Source of the DNA: Amoebidium appalachense
Lineage: Eukaryota > Protista > Ichthyosporea
Direction of reading: 5' to 3'
Length of the DNA: 64,000 nucleotides
NCBI GenBank assembly: GCA_963693365.1
Contig: CAVNZM010000008.1
Location: 1 to 64,000 of the forward strand
The position numbers and the translations under genes are program-made. Within the stretch, counting starts at the first letter, position 1, and the number at the start of each line of letters is the position of its first letter. The notes beneath the pieces are model-generated. The model worked only from the letters and a program-made list of their open reading frames with translations. It had not been told where the DNA came from and did not search any database. Of this stretch, positions 44,301 through 56,363 are shown in pieces.

Positions 44301-45079
44301 TTATTCTGATCTTCGAATAAATACCTGAAATTCCTCTAAGTCCAATCCATACATGATTTCCGACCAGTCGGAAATCAGATCTATCTCTAATAGAAACCAA
44401 TCACTAAGGACCAATTGCTTTCAGAGAGATCCGGTACGCGGAGACGCACACGATAGGACACAGACACTAGTTAAGGTCAACTTGTGTCATCATCAAGGAA
44501 GTTCTAACCTATGACATACTGCAAAGACTCAGACATATCACACTTAACCTTGATGATTGGTTAAAGCCCGGCAACACATGAAAACTAAAGTAAATTAATG
44601 AAGTCTAAACACACATGCTATTCTAAGTGTAGCCTAAGTGTGTTACCATCCAATGAACACGTATTAAGTAACACAAATCTACCTAACATATATTAGTAGA
44701 AAAGAAATACGATTATACACATGAAGACAAAGAGAGAAAGAAAAGAAAATAAGGAAGGAGAAAGAGGAAGGAAAAGAGAGCACAGATCAACAAACAAGAT
44801 AGCAATAGCATAACTATAACCAGAGATATTTATGTACACACGAACATGTACACGTCTCTCCCTGAGTGGGTGGATCCGTGTACACACATATAAATATTCT
44901 AATCGATATTACAATACACGATTAGAGCCGATACAACACGATTACAAGTATACAAGCATATCGGAGATCGATGCTTCATTTTACATAATAGGAGTGTGGC
45001 ATATACACTAAGCATATGAACTGAAACATAACACAAACTGAGAAGATCTTACCATATGTAGATACTACGTATTACAACA
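38336..45079 (-). mobile_element. Intact full-length Ty1/copia LTR retrotransposon (925-bp LTRs)
   Basis: 5' LTR 44155-45079 and 3' LTR 38336-39260 (about 3 differences seen). PBS GGTTATGCAGCCCT at 44141-44154, PPT AAGTGGGGA at 39261-39269, single uninterrupted ORF. Confidence 0.95.
39680..44092 (-). CDS. Copia Gag-Pol polyprotein, 1470 aa from MDPNK
   Basis: CSYCHEPDHTIIDC knuckle; PR WDSGCN; WHHRLGH...CHGC; IN WDFF/FDSGSEF/NGYVERR; RT LKKALYGLKQ and YVDD; RNase H YTDADFAG, CDNQS, LADILTKPL. Domain order IN-RT-RH. Confidence 0.95.
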   Translation of the reverse strand: MDPNKTGVNKITMWKGEGKTGPDSKTTYFQWEIIFLGMMTGTKGVRLVDVVLADNYVPPTTVAVDGEPPFYGYGTTAELKEARNCLLLHMIQNIDPSVLTTVAQYRIGMDPERAMWKFRQHYLQGKPDQIRILHRQWDACALQPGESFTTYLSRLQTIVNQLQSLQDESIHFTRLAEKFFNELTTRDDLTPEFNRLIEDYHFGDKLFPDFESLHNHVKGIELRQDLKMQLRSNRAHRASKSSMALNASAPPRDLPRRDLRNRLDRTPGTDLRTRLSRQHTRSRSPHRPAFRSTSRSPSRSRFSGSRRSDSPARSNTPSVKECSYCHEPDHTIIDCPEPKCRMSRHNRSRQGSEKSVSFAFSAYNASSVPVSSDPAWDSGCNMTVCPTREFFHDLTPLPTPTPVAAFNGTPVLATHTGHIVINTTTDHGTATLTIEAYYTPSGQAFLISTSQAAAEYIKGDLNDASTPSFLFDRLTGRHLVNLRLHNGLYYFKDYTIQPPTRPVALAATTSVNPSIWHHRLGHRAMTSIKDMVKHDLVIGLPSSVLDCDVPDCHGCIMGKTTKAPFKGDRPHSNIPGHEWHWDFFEPTTTSYGGSKVALVTVCRASGLVKIYPMADRTTTLDILTAHTNLVATHAPSKVGVYHFDSGSEFTSKATRAFCLSQGIKASYAPVDCPQLNGYVERRMRFLQEIVRCLLHQVQDQSLSPKLWAEALQHAAYIINVTPSTTANGRTPFEVFYGVKPDISELKVFGCPAYTHVPASKRNKLAPTVKLGMYIGYDLQSHCHRIFNPTTHRVGLFRDVIFDESAYLPSDIPSTLPTPDTTATSTTPPPTVDTEDDVCLVYSGPPPAIVVPPTPPPTGPPAPVPVQPADPHPAPGNVTPIRPGSPDHFHSAPSSPEVAPPALPNFQVPPPPSPPPPVPAPRRSARLQGKVGLQATTTLPVPPGPPINIDQLPKLVRQLCSGPNGDQVKSALTAEYQAFVDKDIFELVDPPPGANIVGFKWIVSEKTLNSAQAGDTKIKARGVAQGFSQQYGVDYELIESPVIRPAALRAILALAVVEGHDIHQLDVSTAFLNSPLTETIYMKQPPGFITMATLGKVWRLKKALYGLKQASKAWYDFLDGILLAHGLTRTKTDPCIYLRFFPNNDVVRAGNYVDDSTITNTRGSTAASDLAAHISKMASCRMSPFDRMLGVDFNHSDPHHLHMHQRSYIMDIIHDFNLTDAKSKSTPIPAGTTVSLADCPPQPFTVPYRELLGRLLWVARCTRPDIAYAIGFLGRFSTNPGKTHWDLLRRVARYLLGTIDLGIDYKYSATQSPILECYTDADFAGCADSKKSTTGYIIEFAGMPIIWYSKLQPITATSTTEAELIALNAGTQEVAWVRDLFKELGCPMLAPTPVYCDNQSTIAIVNSTGIKHRTKHIAVRYHNTKDYIASGDVVVHYVESAHNLADILTKPLPGPSHVHHRARLCLPDIVD

Positions 45080-45369
45080 ACTCCGGCTCTGAGTTCACAT
45101 CCAAGGACACCGAAGGCTACTGCAAGCAGAAAGGCATCATCATGGAGTTTGCCCCCGTCGACACACCACAGCACAACGGTGTAGTTGAACGGAAGATGAG
45201 AGACCTCCAAGATAGACAGTCCGTTGCTTCATCCATGCCGACAAGGATCAACCTCTCTCTCCCAAGATGTCATACACCAAACACACACACACCACCCACC
45301 CACACATCCCACACACACACTCCACCACCACCCACATCACATACACACCCCACCCCACCCGTGCAGGCA

Positions 45370-48300
45370 CCACAGGTAGGTATGTTGCACGTAGGTATCG
45401 AGGGTGTGAGTCTTCGTGGGCAGGGACTGGGTGTGAGTGATGATGTGTTGCTTGAATTGGAGGAGGATTTAGTTGGTTTTAGCCGGCATTATATAGACGT
45501 ATGGTTAGCTGATGGTAAGTTGAAGGCTGTTGCTTTGCTCGATGGAGGGGCTCAGGTTAATTGTGTGCATGCTTCGTTTATTCGTCGTTTTAATCAGGCC
45601 GGGGGGGAAATTCCTATTTTAGATGCTTCTAGCACAGCCTTAGGTAGTGCTAATAATAGTAGTATGTCTGTGGAAGGTGTTTGTGTGTTGCCGTGTGAGA
45701 TAGGTGGCCAGGCTATGCATGTTGCTTGTTATGTGGTTAAGGATTTAGCTCAAAGTGTTTTGTTGGGGGCCCCATTTTTCCGTAGACATGTGAATGCTTT
45801 GTTTGAACGTACGAATGTTTTAGAATTGCAGTCCGGCGTTAAAATTAAAACCCATGATGGGCTCGACGGTTATCAGTCTGGTGCAAGAACGGTAGCTGAA
45901 GTAGTAATCGAGCCTTATCAGTGCCAAACGGTACGTGTCCGGGCCGGCAATCGTGTTAGGATAGGGGATTTAGGGGTTTTTACTCCGAAAACCCCATTTC
46001 AGGAGGTGGCCCAATGGACCCTTAGTAGGGTATGGCCGGATAAGACAATAGAAATAGAATTAGTGAATCCGGGCATCGAGCCTATAGTGATTAGTGTTGT
46101 AATACGTAGTATCTACATATGGTAAGATCTTCTCAGTTTGTGTTATGTTTCAGTTCATATGCTTAGTGTATATGCCACACTCCTATTATGTAAAATGAAG
46201 CATCGATCTCCGATATGCTTGTATACTTGTAATCGTGTTGTATCGGCTCTAATCGTGTATTGTAATATCGATTAGAATATTTATATGTGTGTACACGGAT
46301 CCACCCACTCAGGGAGAGACGTGTACATGTTCGTGTGTACATAAATATCTCTGGTTATAGTTATGCTATTGCTATCTTGTTTGTTGATCTGTGCTCTCTT
46401 TTCCTTCCTCTTTCTCCTTCCTTATTTTCTTTTCTTTCTCTCTTTGTCTTCATGTGTATAATCGTATTTCTTTTCTACTAATATATGTTAGGTAGATTTG
46501 TGTTACTTAATACGTGTTCATTGGACGGTAACACACTTAGGCTACACTTAGAATAGCATGTGTGTTTAGACTTCATTAATTTACTTTAGTTTTCATGTGT
46601 TGCCGGGCTTTAACCAATCATCAAGGTTAAGTGTGATATGTCTGAGTCTTTGCAGTATGTCATAGGTTAGAACTTCCTTGATGATGACACGAGTTGATCT
46701 TAACTAGTGTCTGTGTCCTATCGTGTACGTCTCCGCGTACCGGATCTCTCTGAAAGCAATTGGTTCTTAGTGATTGGTTTCTATTAGAGATAGATCTGAT
46801 TTCCGACTGGTCGGAAATCATGTATGGATTGGACTTAGAGGAATTTCAGGTATTTATTCGAAGATCAGAATAAATTCAGTTTAGTCGTGTCTAAACATTG
46901 ATGTCTGTTGTGTACACTGCTCCGATCGTTCCGTGTTTTGTTGTTGTGTGTGTCTGTGGTGTTTTCACACTGCACCACTGTGTCTCTGCTTACATCCCAA
47001 ATACTTATACAATTTAACAGGTTATGGGCCCAGATGTACGCTCCCTACACACACCTAGACCTAGCGATCGTTAAATTCCTGGTACACATCATAGCTGTGG
47101 TCAGCTCCTCATGCATCTTGGTGCTGAGGCTGTGTACATCCATCCCCGGCGTCCGTCCGTAACCGGTCCCACGTGACTCCCCTTGACAAGATCTGACTCA
47201 TCTTGACAAGAGCTTTTGTCACGCCTTGACACCCGTGACATCCTCGCAAGTTCAAATTCCAGCTTGCACTCCTTCCAGCTCCGTCCTGGTTTCTCTCCGT
47301 CACGCCAAACCGTCCTCCACCCTTGGTTCTGCAATCGCGCTCCAAGTTCCTTGACACTTCACCGACGTGGTCTCAACCGCGCCGCCCTGTCTACCCAGGC
47401 CTGAGGATCCTGCATCGAAATCCCATTCCATCCGATTTCGAACCCCGTCGACCCGCATTCGAATATAATTTCACACCCCGTCTGCGTTCCAATCGACGAT
47501 AATTTGACACCCCGTCTCGATCCGACTTGACCATCATCCATCAAGTCCATCTGAAGTATCCAAATTCGGTACTTCTTTCCAGTCTACCGTGTTCCACCCC
47601 GTCCAAGCCCTTTGTGCTTCCCTCCTCCCTAGGAGTCCCGACCCTGAGTCCCTCCAGAACCGTTTACCGTGTCCAACCCGCTTCCTTCCAGGATTTCCAA
47701 CCCTGTTTTCGGCCATGTCTCCCCTTACCGTGCCGTCACTGTCAATGGCCCCCTCACATTCCATTGATCTGCCCTGCATTCCGGCAGCAGTTTCCCCCCA
47801 TCACGTGGCCAACCTCGTCGAGATCTCAGCTACCACCAGCTCTGCACGGGCAACAGTTACCCCTGCAGCTGTTTCCCCCCCATTACCACCCGACCCCGGC
47901 CAGCAAGACATGCTGCCAGGTCCAGTCGTTCCCATCCACGTTTCCAGCCAGCTTGCTGTGCTGCCTTCCCCCGTTTCCAAAGCCCCTGCATCCGACCCAG
48001 TTAACCTCCTCCGTCCGGAATTACCTGCACTTGACCCTGCCTCCGTCGTGCCTCATCCCAACCCAAATTCCGTGAAGACCTACCCCCCTCCCTGTTCGGG
48101 CTTTCCCAGTCACCCCGAGCAGCAAGCACCCTCGACGCCCCCTCCAGCGAATTCCAAACTACGACAAGTCTACTCCTCCTTGGTCATCAATCCCTCCACC
48201 GGTCGCCCCACCACGTGTGGCTACCCTCGACACACCGCATCCAAATGCCGTGACCCCCGTTGTCCTGTCTACCGTTTGCGTCCTCGATACCCCCCATCCC

Positions 48301-48881
48301 CTATCCTCCCCCCCCAGCCTGAGTGGGGATGTTGTGGTTAACTACGTCGAGTCTGCCAACAACTTGGCTGACATCCTCACCAAGCCTCTGCCAGGTCCCA
48401 GCCACGTCACTCACCGTGACCGGCTCTGTGTGCCCGACCTTGTGCAGTGATCATCGTGTGGTCTTCTACTACACCTGGGGCCCTGGGCAGCAGCTTCCTC
48501 TACACTGCTTCCCAGTTGGAACGTCTACTACTACGATTCTGTATATGTATTTTTTTTTTTTTTGCCTTAAGTGGGGTTTGTCCACTTTAAGGGTTCATCG
48601 ATTAGCACAACACATATACACCTGAGGCTAGCCACCTTTGCGAATACTGGCCGACTCCCAGTCCCACTGAGTCACAACACATAGGTTAATGTTTCCACGG
48701 CTGGCTCCCGTTAATATATATATTATACCTTCACCTGCATATTTTATTTTCTTCCTTGGTTGTTTTCCTTCCTTTGCTGTTGTTGCCCCCCCCCCCCCCC
48801 TCCCCCCCCCTTCCCCCCCTCCCCCCTTCCCCCCCCCCCTTCCCTCCCCCCCCCCCCCCTTTCCCCCCCTTCCCCCCCCCT

Positions 48882-48917
<36 letters not shown>

Positions 48918-50690
48918 AAAAGTACACACTTTAATTTTTTTTTTCGTTTCTGTTCTCAAGTGGGGAGATTTCACTAGTTCAGTGGGGATATGATAACACA
49001 AACTTCAAAGTCTTAAGTGGGGATGTTGTAATACGTAGTATCTACATATGGTAAGATCTTCTCAGTTTGTGTTATGTTTCAGTTCATATGCTTAGTGTAT
49101 ATGCCACACTCCTATTATGTAAAATGAAGCATCGATCTCCGATATGCTTGTATACTTGTAATCGTGTTGTATCGGCTCTAATCGTGTATTGTAATATCGA
49201 TTAGAATATTTATATGTGTGTACACGGATCCACCCACTCAGGGAGAGACGTATACATGTTCGTGTGTACATAAATATCTCTGGTTATAGTTATGCTATTG
49301 CTATCTTGTTTGTTGATCTGTGCTCTCTTTTCCTTCCTCTTTCTCCTTCCTTATTTTCTTTTCTTTCTCTCTTTGTCTTCATGTGTATAATCGTATTTCT
49401 TTTCTACTAATATATGTTAGGTAGATTTGTGTTACTTAATACGTGTTCATTGGACGGTAACACACTTAGGCTACACTTAGAATAGCATGTGTGTTTAGAC
49501 TTCATTAATTTACTTTAGTTTTCATGTGTTGCCGGGCTTTAACCAATCATCAAGGTTAAGTGTGATATGTCTGAGTCTTTGCAGTATGTCATAGGTTAGA
49601 ACTTCCTTGATGATGACACGAGTTGATCTTAACTAGTGTCTGTGTCCTATCGTGTACGTCTCCGCGTACCGGATCTCTCTGAAAGCAATTGGTTCTTAGT
49701 GATTGGTTTCTATTAGAGATAGATCTGATTTCCGACTGGTCGGAAATCATGTATGGATTGGACTTAGAGGAATTTCAGGTATTTATTCGAAGATCAGAAT
49801 AAATTCAGTTTAGTCGTGTCTAAACATTGATGTCTGTTGTGTACACTGCTCCGATCGTTCCGTGTTTTGTTGTTGTGTGTGTCTGTGGTGTTTTCACACT
49901 GCACCACTGTGTCTCTGCTTACATCCCAAATACTTATACAATTTAACAATTAGGTCAGGTGTTTCCGTCGGTAGTTTCACTAATGAGATTGGTAGTATAG
50001 AGGTCTCTCTTATTACCCAAAAGGAGGATGCCGGCTCGAAGGGTGACTCAGGAGGAGGGGGAACAACTTTATTTAACGTTAGCCACCAAAATGTCACCCG
50101 ACACGATGGGGGGGGGGACCGGGACAGCACCGGTCCCACTCCCCCGACCCCCAAGAGGAAGGAGGGTCACCCCGGGTGTGAGAATGTGCAGGCAGGGGGG
50201 GAGGGTGTTGGTCTAACCCGTGGATCTGACGGGTTAACCAACACCGTGGGGGGCAGGGTGGCCACAGACCTGGCCCCCCACATACATGCACTAACTCATC
50301 AGGAATTGCCCGGGGGCATGGGTGTGCCGGGGGGAGGGGGAGGTGCTAAGGGTGACCGCCTATATCCGGAGGTACCCCCACCTCACCCCGAGCAGCACCG
50401 ATGTAATACAGGAGGTGAAATGTTAAGTGGCACTCCGGTGAATAAGGATGCATCCACTTGTGATGGGGGTAACCCGGAGTTAGTATTGCCGTTTGGTATG
50501 AAGGAGGGGGATTGGACGGTAGAACAGAAAAAGTTGTTAGCTAAGTTATTTGATAGGACTCGGTTTGCATTTCTGGCCGATGATAACGAAGTAGGCTTCG
50601 TTAAAGGGTTTGAAATGCAGATCGACACAGGTGATAATAGGCCGGTAGTGATGCCTAGCTATAGAATGGAGCAGTATAAATTGTCGGATG
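45370..50690 (+). pseudogene. Ty3/Gypsy pol fragment (aspartic protease to pre-RT), split by an LTR insertion
   Basis: ALLDGGAQVNCV...VLLGAPFF. Removing 46095-49953 restores the frame IVI-RSGV. Ends ...KGFEMQIDTGDNRPVVMPSYR. Confidence 0.85.
46095..49948 (+). mobile_element. Non-autonomous copia derivative sharing the 925-bp LTR family
   Basis: LTRs 46095-47019 and 49024-49948; PBS GGTTATGGGCCCAG at 47020; PPT AAGTGGGGA; TSD ATTAG. The 2-kb internal retains only an RNase H tail (48323-48450, NLADILTKPLPGPSH) and a knuckle-like remnant. Confidence 0.93.
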
Positions 50691-50746
50691 CGCTAATAAT
50701 AGTGAGCACACACACATGTATACACACACACACACGTGCACACACA

Positions 50747-50790
<44 letters not shown>

Positions 50791-51053
50791 ACACAAACAC
50801 ACACACGCACACATACTTATATGAGCTCAGGCTTAAATCATTCTCTTACCCATTTACAAGACATCCCCTTCCTTCCTTCCCCAATCTGTCCCACTGCCCC
50901 CCCGCCCCCATCCCATCCCCATGATGCCCCCAACCCCCCCCCCCTCCCCCCCTCCCTCCGAAATATTGATCCCCCTCTCTCCCCCCCCCCCCCCATCCCC
51001 ACTTCACCGAAGGCTAACAGCACGGCATAGCCCATGCTCTCCCCTCCCCCGGG

Positions 51054-51184
<131 letters not shown>

Positions 51185-51402
51185 TCTGTTCACTGAATCT
51201 TGTTTCTCAGACCCTTTCTCTTCCATCCCTCCCCCCCCCCCCCCCCCCACACCCCATCCCCCCTCCCACACACCCATCCATCATGCAAAGAGGAAAAAAA
51301 AAAATTGAGTGGCAGGGGTGACCGAAGGGTAGGGGGAGGGGGGGGGGGGGGGGGGAAGCAACTGCATTTAATGAACCTCGAACCCATGCCAATACGTGCT
51401 CT

Positions 51403-53342
51403 TTATTTTTTTGCCTCCTCCACCACCAGCGGCCGCTGGAAATTGGTGAGGAAGGCACAGACCAAGAACACAGAGTGAGCAATTCTAAATTGCGTCACGG
51501 GGATGGGGGCATTTAGCCACTTATAGCTCTTGATTCTAGCTATTGCCCTTTCTACGTGAATGCGGAGGGAGGCAATACTGCGGCCTTCAGCTGCCTGCTT
51601 CCCCGTAAATTGCCTAATACCATCTCTCTTGAAGGGGGGCTGGAAACAGTGGAGGCCTGCCATTTCACACTGTTCCCTAATATGCACACCTTTATCTATC
51701 ATTATGCCCATGCCCTTAGGTACCTTAGCAATAACACGCGCATTCTGGCACATTATCTTATCGGATGCACCACCCCCATTGGCACCCTCCACTAAGCCCA
51801 CACGCAGTGAGGGCAAGACTCCCACAAGCCACTTTAAGGTATGCCGTTGCTTATAATCACTCCACATGAGAGACGCGAGGTGTGCGTCTGAAGAGATCTC
51901 ACCAATGATCTCTGTACTAGCATCTAGAATGATACCGGTTTCCCTATACTGGGGACTGTCCTTAAAGAGCTTGTGTGCATCTGCTTCTAATTCTTCCTTC
52001 GAAGGAAGGTCAGGAAACAAGAACTGCACCACCCCAACCAAAAACATAACCCGTGCACGAAATATGGTGCTTACTGTTGCTTCACTTACACCGAACAGGT
52101 AGCCCATGTGCTCCTGTGGGAATCCCTGCCTCATATACACCAGCGTAAGCAGAATCTCGTTGTCCCAACTGAGTTTTCGAGCTGGACCGTTGTGTGCCTT
52201 TGGCTTCCCCTCCATGTTCAGGTTTGCCCCGCCCACCAGCTCGCGTATTTCCTAAAACAACGACAAAACGGTCCAGTTGGGAAACCCTGTGTACGTGCTT
52301 ACTAACTTATCGTTGTCCTTGATCATGTCTATGGACATGCGCGTGATCTTTTCCTTCTTTATCGAAAGTAGCTCGTTCTGTAGTTCCAGGTTTTCTTTCA
52401 AACTAGCTGTCGTTTCTTTCGCACACTTTTCCGCCTCTGCTTTCATTTGGTCCACTTTGCATAACGCCGTACTTAGCTGCGCAGCCAAACCCTTATTCCC
52501 TGCGAGCACACCCTTTGTCCACACATCTGCTGCAGACAGCTTTTCGTCCCTTTCCTCGATTTGTTTGTCCTTCTCGGCTAGTTCCGCCTCTAGCCTGCGC
52601 AACTCGGCGTTTTTCTCGTCCAACATAGCCTGGAGTTGTTCGATTGTGCACGGGGGGGCGGTTCCTGTTCCTCGTGTGCGTTTTGGATCTCATCTCTCGC
52701 TCGTTTTGCAGCTCTCTCTCTGCGCTCTGTGTCTAGTTTCCTTTTACGCTCAGCCTCCTCCTTGTTATACCCGGGTATTTCGACACCCTCAGGCACCGCT
52801 AGGCGTCCGTTGCTTACATCATCCGACCACGCTCGCGGAAGGGCCTTGGGTTTTAGAGGTTTGTTTTCACGGTCACCATTCTCAAACTGGTCATCATCAA
52901 AGTGGTCGCGGCAAAGCCGCAGGTTTTTACTGTTTTTCTTTAATTCGACCCATTCTTCAGTGCGTCCCACCCTAAGAAAAACCTCAGTTGCATACTCAGG
53001 ACCCTTTATTTGTACAAACTTAGGAACACCGTTTTTCTGTTTTTTGGAACAGAGAGCGTCGTTACACTTCTGGACCATTCTTTCGCTACTGTGCAGGCCC
53101 ACATAGGGCCGTTAGCCGGCAGCACATCCTGCACCTAAGCAAAAATGTGCGTGAGCTAACAAACAATTGTTGTATGTAATAAACTTTTTTTGCGAAAACC
53201 CTCTTTTTTCCCTTCTAAGGGTTGGTGGAAAAGTGGTACGTTGCTGCACGTGTTACGTGTTGGCGGGGAAAGTTTCCCGCCAAAACCCATGGGGCGGGCT
53301 AGGCCCTATGGGTCATGAGCCACATTCCACAAATCGGCCTAT
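51403..53342 (-). pseudogene. THAP + HTH + DDE transposase of PIF/Harbinger-ISL2EU type, disrupted
   Basis: THAP-like LRLCRDHFDDDQF; HTH (LTLVYMRQG...YLFGVSEATVS); DDE motifs IILDA, GGASD, MIDKG, RIHVERAIARIK. In-frame TAG near 52252 and a frameshift near 52630. Possible terminus ...AAATCGGCCTAT at 53342; the partner TIR was not found. Confidence 0.85.
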
Positions 53343-53426
53343 CATATTATAGATCCAAAGTGGTCCATATACCTGCCATGGTGAAGAATCGGGAGAAAAA
53401 GTTGACGTGACAGCTAAGAGATCGAA

Positions 53427-53921
53427 GTGAAAGTGAAGTTCAATCCGTTTAGTTTCAAGTCTATGGCTGATAGATATCTTTTTACTCTACGTGTTGAGTC
53501 CCTTCCGGTCTTAGGACCGCAACAACACCAACTACCAGTAGCCTATATGGCGGATACGGTTAGAGAGTCTCGTTCATACATAGGTTCGTTTGTTCGTAAT
53601 GTGGTGTGGTGTAAAAACGCAAAGATGATTATGGATTGGCGGTGTAATCGGTTTCTGGTGTCTCCTGCTTGTTTGTGTAATATGTGTGGGGGGCGGTTTA
53701 CTCGCGGCTGCAAATCTATCAATAAGTGCAACCTGTTAGCTCACGTATTAGAACCGGAGGTTATTGGCGGTTTTATCCTCTTTTCTTCCTCTCTTCCTCA
53801 ATATATCCGTTTTAAGATGGCTATCCTAGATCACCTTATTAATGCTGCACAGTATGATATTGTGATCCGGTGCCTTAACTTTCTTTCGGAGCTACCGATG
53901 CTAGCCTCTGCTTACCCATAA
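53427..53921 (+). pseudogene. C-terminal fragment of a non-LTR retrotransposon ORF2
   Basis: DWRCNRF...C...FTRGC...KCNLL...ILDHLIN..QYD...RCLNFL aligns by eye with the LINE C-terminus at 62860-63134 (QWRSNKY...FNRSCIAKCSLI...ILDFILNTRNYD...RCIDWL). Confidence 0.7.
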
Positions 53922-56363
53922 TATGTAATAGCACTAACTTTATTGTTGATGATTTGATAGATCTCGGTGATTATGCTGGCGGTGGTAGGAAGGAATATCC
54001 CGATGCTCTCTTGTTACCAAACACCACTCCCGCTAGACTAGGTGAACCCCTGTCTCAAAAGGAAAGCTTGCGCCGGCTTGCTAGTATGAATCGATTTGGC
54101 CCCCCTGCTCGTATTATTGGTGATACCACTGGAGACCCCCTCATAGACTCTGATAAGTATTTCTCGGAACTGTTTAAAGATAGGACCCCCGCTCAGAAAC
54201 CTATTGTGTGGCCTGTAGACCCATCTATCCCCATAGAATCGATCCTCCCCTTTTTCAGTCCCGATGCCATATGGTCTGTGATATCTAGTTATAGCTCTAG
54301 TAAGTCTTGTGGACCTGATGGACTCCCTGCTGGGTTTCTTAAAACCCTTGTTCCCTCCTACCCACAAAAGGAAAGTGATCGTGCTATTAAACCTGATCTT
54401 ACTATCATGTTAAGCTCTCTCTTTTCTTGGTGTGTTAAATGTGGACATGTCCCGTCATCTTGGTTAGATACCTTAGTGATCCCCATAGTTAAGAAGGACT
54501 CTGAGGGCCCCATATCATCCTTTCGCCCCATTACACTAACCCAGGTTGTTCGTAGATTCTTTGAAGCTTGCTTACTTAGGTTATTTGCACATCACCCTAG
54601 GTTTCAATCTATTCTTCACATACACCCATGCCAATCCGCTTTTCGTAAAAACAATTCATGTTATGTTCAAATAATGGCACTGCACGATTCTATGCAAGTT
54701 GGTGCACAATATGTTGGCTTTATTGATTGGAAAACTGCTTACGATTCTGTCTCCCCTGGTCTCCTATGGGAAAAGCTTGCTGCACGGGGTGTACCACACT
54801 GCATTGGTGTTCTGTTAGAAGCACTCTTGTCTCAAACCTATGGTAGAGCTGTGGTTAATGGGCATCTTTCATATGGTTTTGCTCGTACTAGAGGTCTCTT
54901 GCAGGGTTCATTGCTTAGCCCCTTTTTGTTTAACCTATTTATAGATGATTTGGCTGTCAAAATTTACGCCGAAAACGATGACCCTATTAATAACTTTCCG
55001 CCTGCACTTCTCTATGCTGATGATCTGTCCCTCCTTGCCCGTACCCCTAGACGCCTGCAAAGATTGTTCGATGTAGTGTCAGAGTGGTGCAAGGCAAACC
55101 TTATGATCCTTAACATAGACAAATGTGGTGTTCTTGTACCTGATATAGCTATTAGTAACAATTTACACACATTTACATTATCATCTAAACCTGTACCTAT
55201 AGTTCCAGAATACAAATATCTTGGTGTTCCGGTTGATTCTGTTGGTGTTATGTTTCCCCATATGGTCGAAAAGAGGGTAGAGTTGGCTCGTAAGCGGTTA
55301 GCTTTCTTCTCGGCTAATATTTTTAAAGACACACCCCTCCATCCTTCTATTAGACTTACATTTATTCGCACTTTTGTCTTCCCGGCATGTGAATATGGTT
55401 TACCCCTTCTCGCCGCTTGGATCAAGAAAGAGAGAACTAGAGCGCTTAAACCCCTGGCAAATTTCCTTGAAGCAGAAGTTGCCTCCTTTCTATCTAACAA
55501 CTGTTGTAAACCTGGGCCTGTAACGCTCTCGATATACGGCGCCGGCTCTTGCTGTCCCGCCCGACGACGCCAGCCTGGCCCATCATCCCGTTGTGGCCGT
55601 GGCTGGTAGGGCTGGTGGCGCCGTGGGGAGGGTGACCGCCGCCGGTCCCCTCTGAGGCCTCTGCCCTCCTCCCTCTCACGGTCCCGGTACCTGTCTCCTC
55701 TGTACCGGTCCCCCTCCTGGTCCTTCTCCTCCAGACGCTTGGTGAGCACAGCCACCTGCTTCAAGAGAGCAGTGAGTGTAGGCGTGTCCTGCCCAGCCCC
55801 ATGCTTTACCTCCATGACCTCAGCAGCATGCTTATCCCTCATAGCCAGCTTACTCTCAAACTGCGCTAAAAACCGCCTCTTCACCGCCCTCCACGCCAAG
55901 TCTACCTCATGCTGCTCTTCATGCTGAGCAAACAGCTCACCAAACTGACTGCTATAGTATCTACAAACAGAGAGCGAGCAGCATGAAACTTTCCACGAGC
56001 ATCATTCTCCGAGTCCAACCCAGCAAGAAACACAAGAGCACGAAAATTTTCTTCGAACAGCTCAAAGTGGGTTCTAGCTTCGGTCACAGACATGGTGAGG
56101 GGGGGGTAAGTAAACTTAGCTTGTCTGAGATCAGCGTCAAACTCCCGTCGTCGTCCGTCGTCCAGGTACTTGGCCACCGCCCTGTCAAGCCACTCAAGCT
56201 CATTCTCGGGGCGCAAAACCTCCACCACGTCCCCGGAGCCGCCTGTAACAATAGGCACCTGTGCGTTGGCCGCTTCGTAGCGGGCGGCCAGCTGGAGTGC
56301 GGCCGGGTTGCGGGCTCCACCCGCCACTGTGCGGGCGTACGCAACCGTGCGCACAGACGGCTC

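Larger units (their letters stand above)
35677..45265 (+). mobile_element. Older truncated Ty1/copia element (5' LTR about 35677-36412; gag-PR-IN 36488-38335, resuming at 45080), interrupted by a younger copia
   Basis: TGTTGT...ACAACA LTR candidate and PBS-like GGTTTACGGCCCC. ATG at 36488 with a frameshift near 36590. CCHC knuckle CSCCHEPHHMTSC, PR WDSACNAH, CFGCMSGK. IN reads HLRF|DSGSEF...PQHNGVVER across the insertion. The LTR start is less certain. Confidence 0.8.

Noticed and set aside
55012-55899. 295-aa minus-strand ORF as a single gene
   Set aside because: Chimeric read-through from the gag-like fragment into antisense LINE RT at about 55538.
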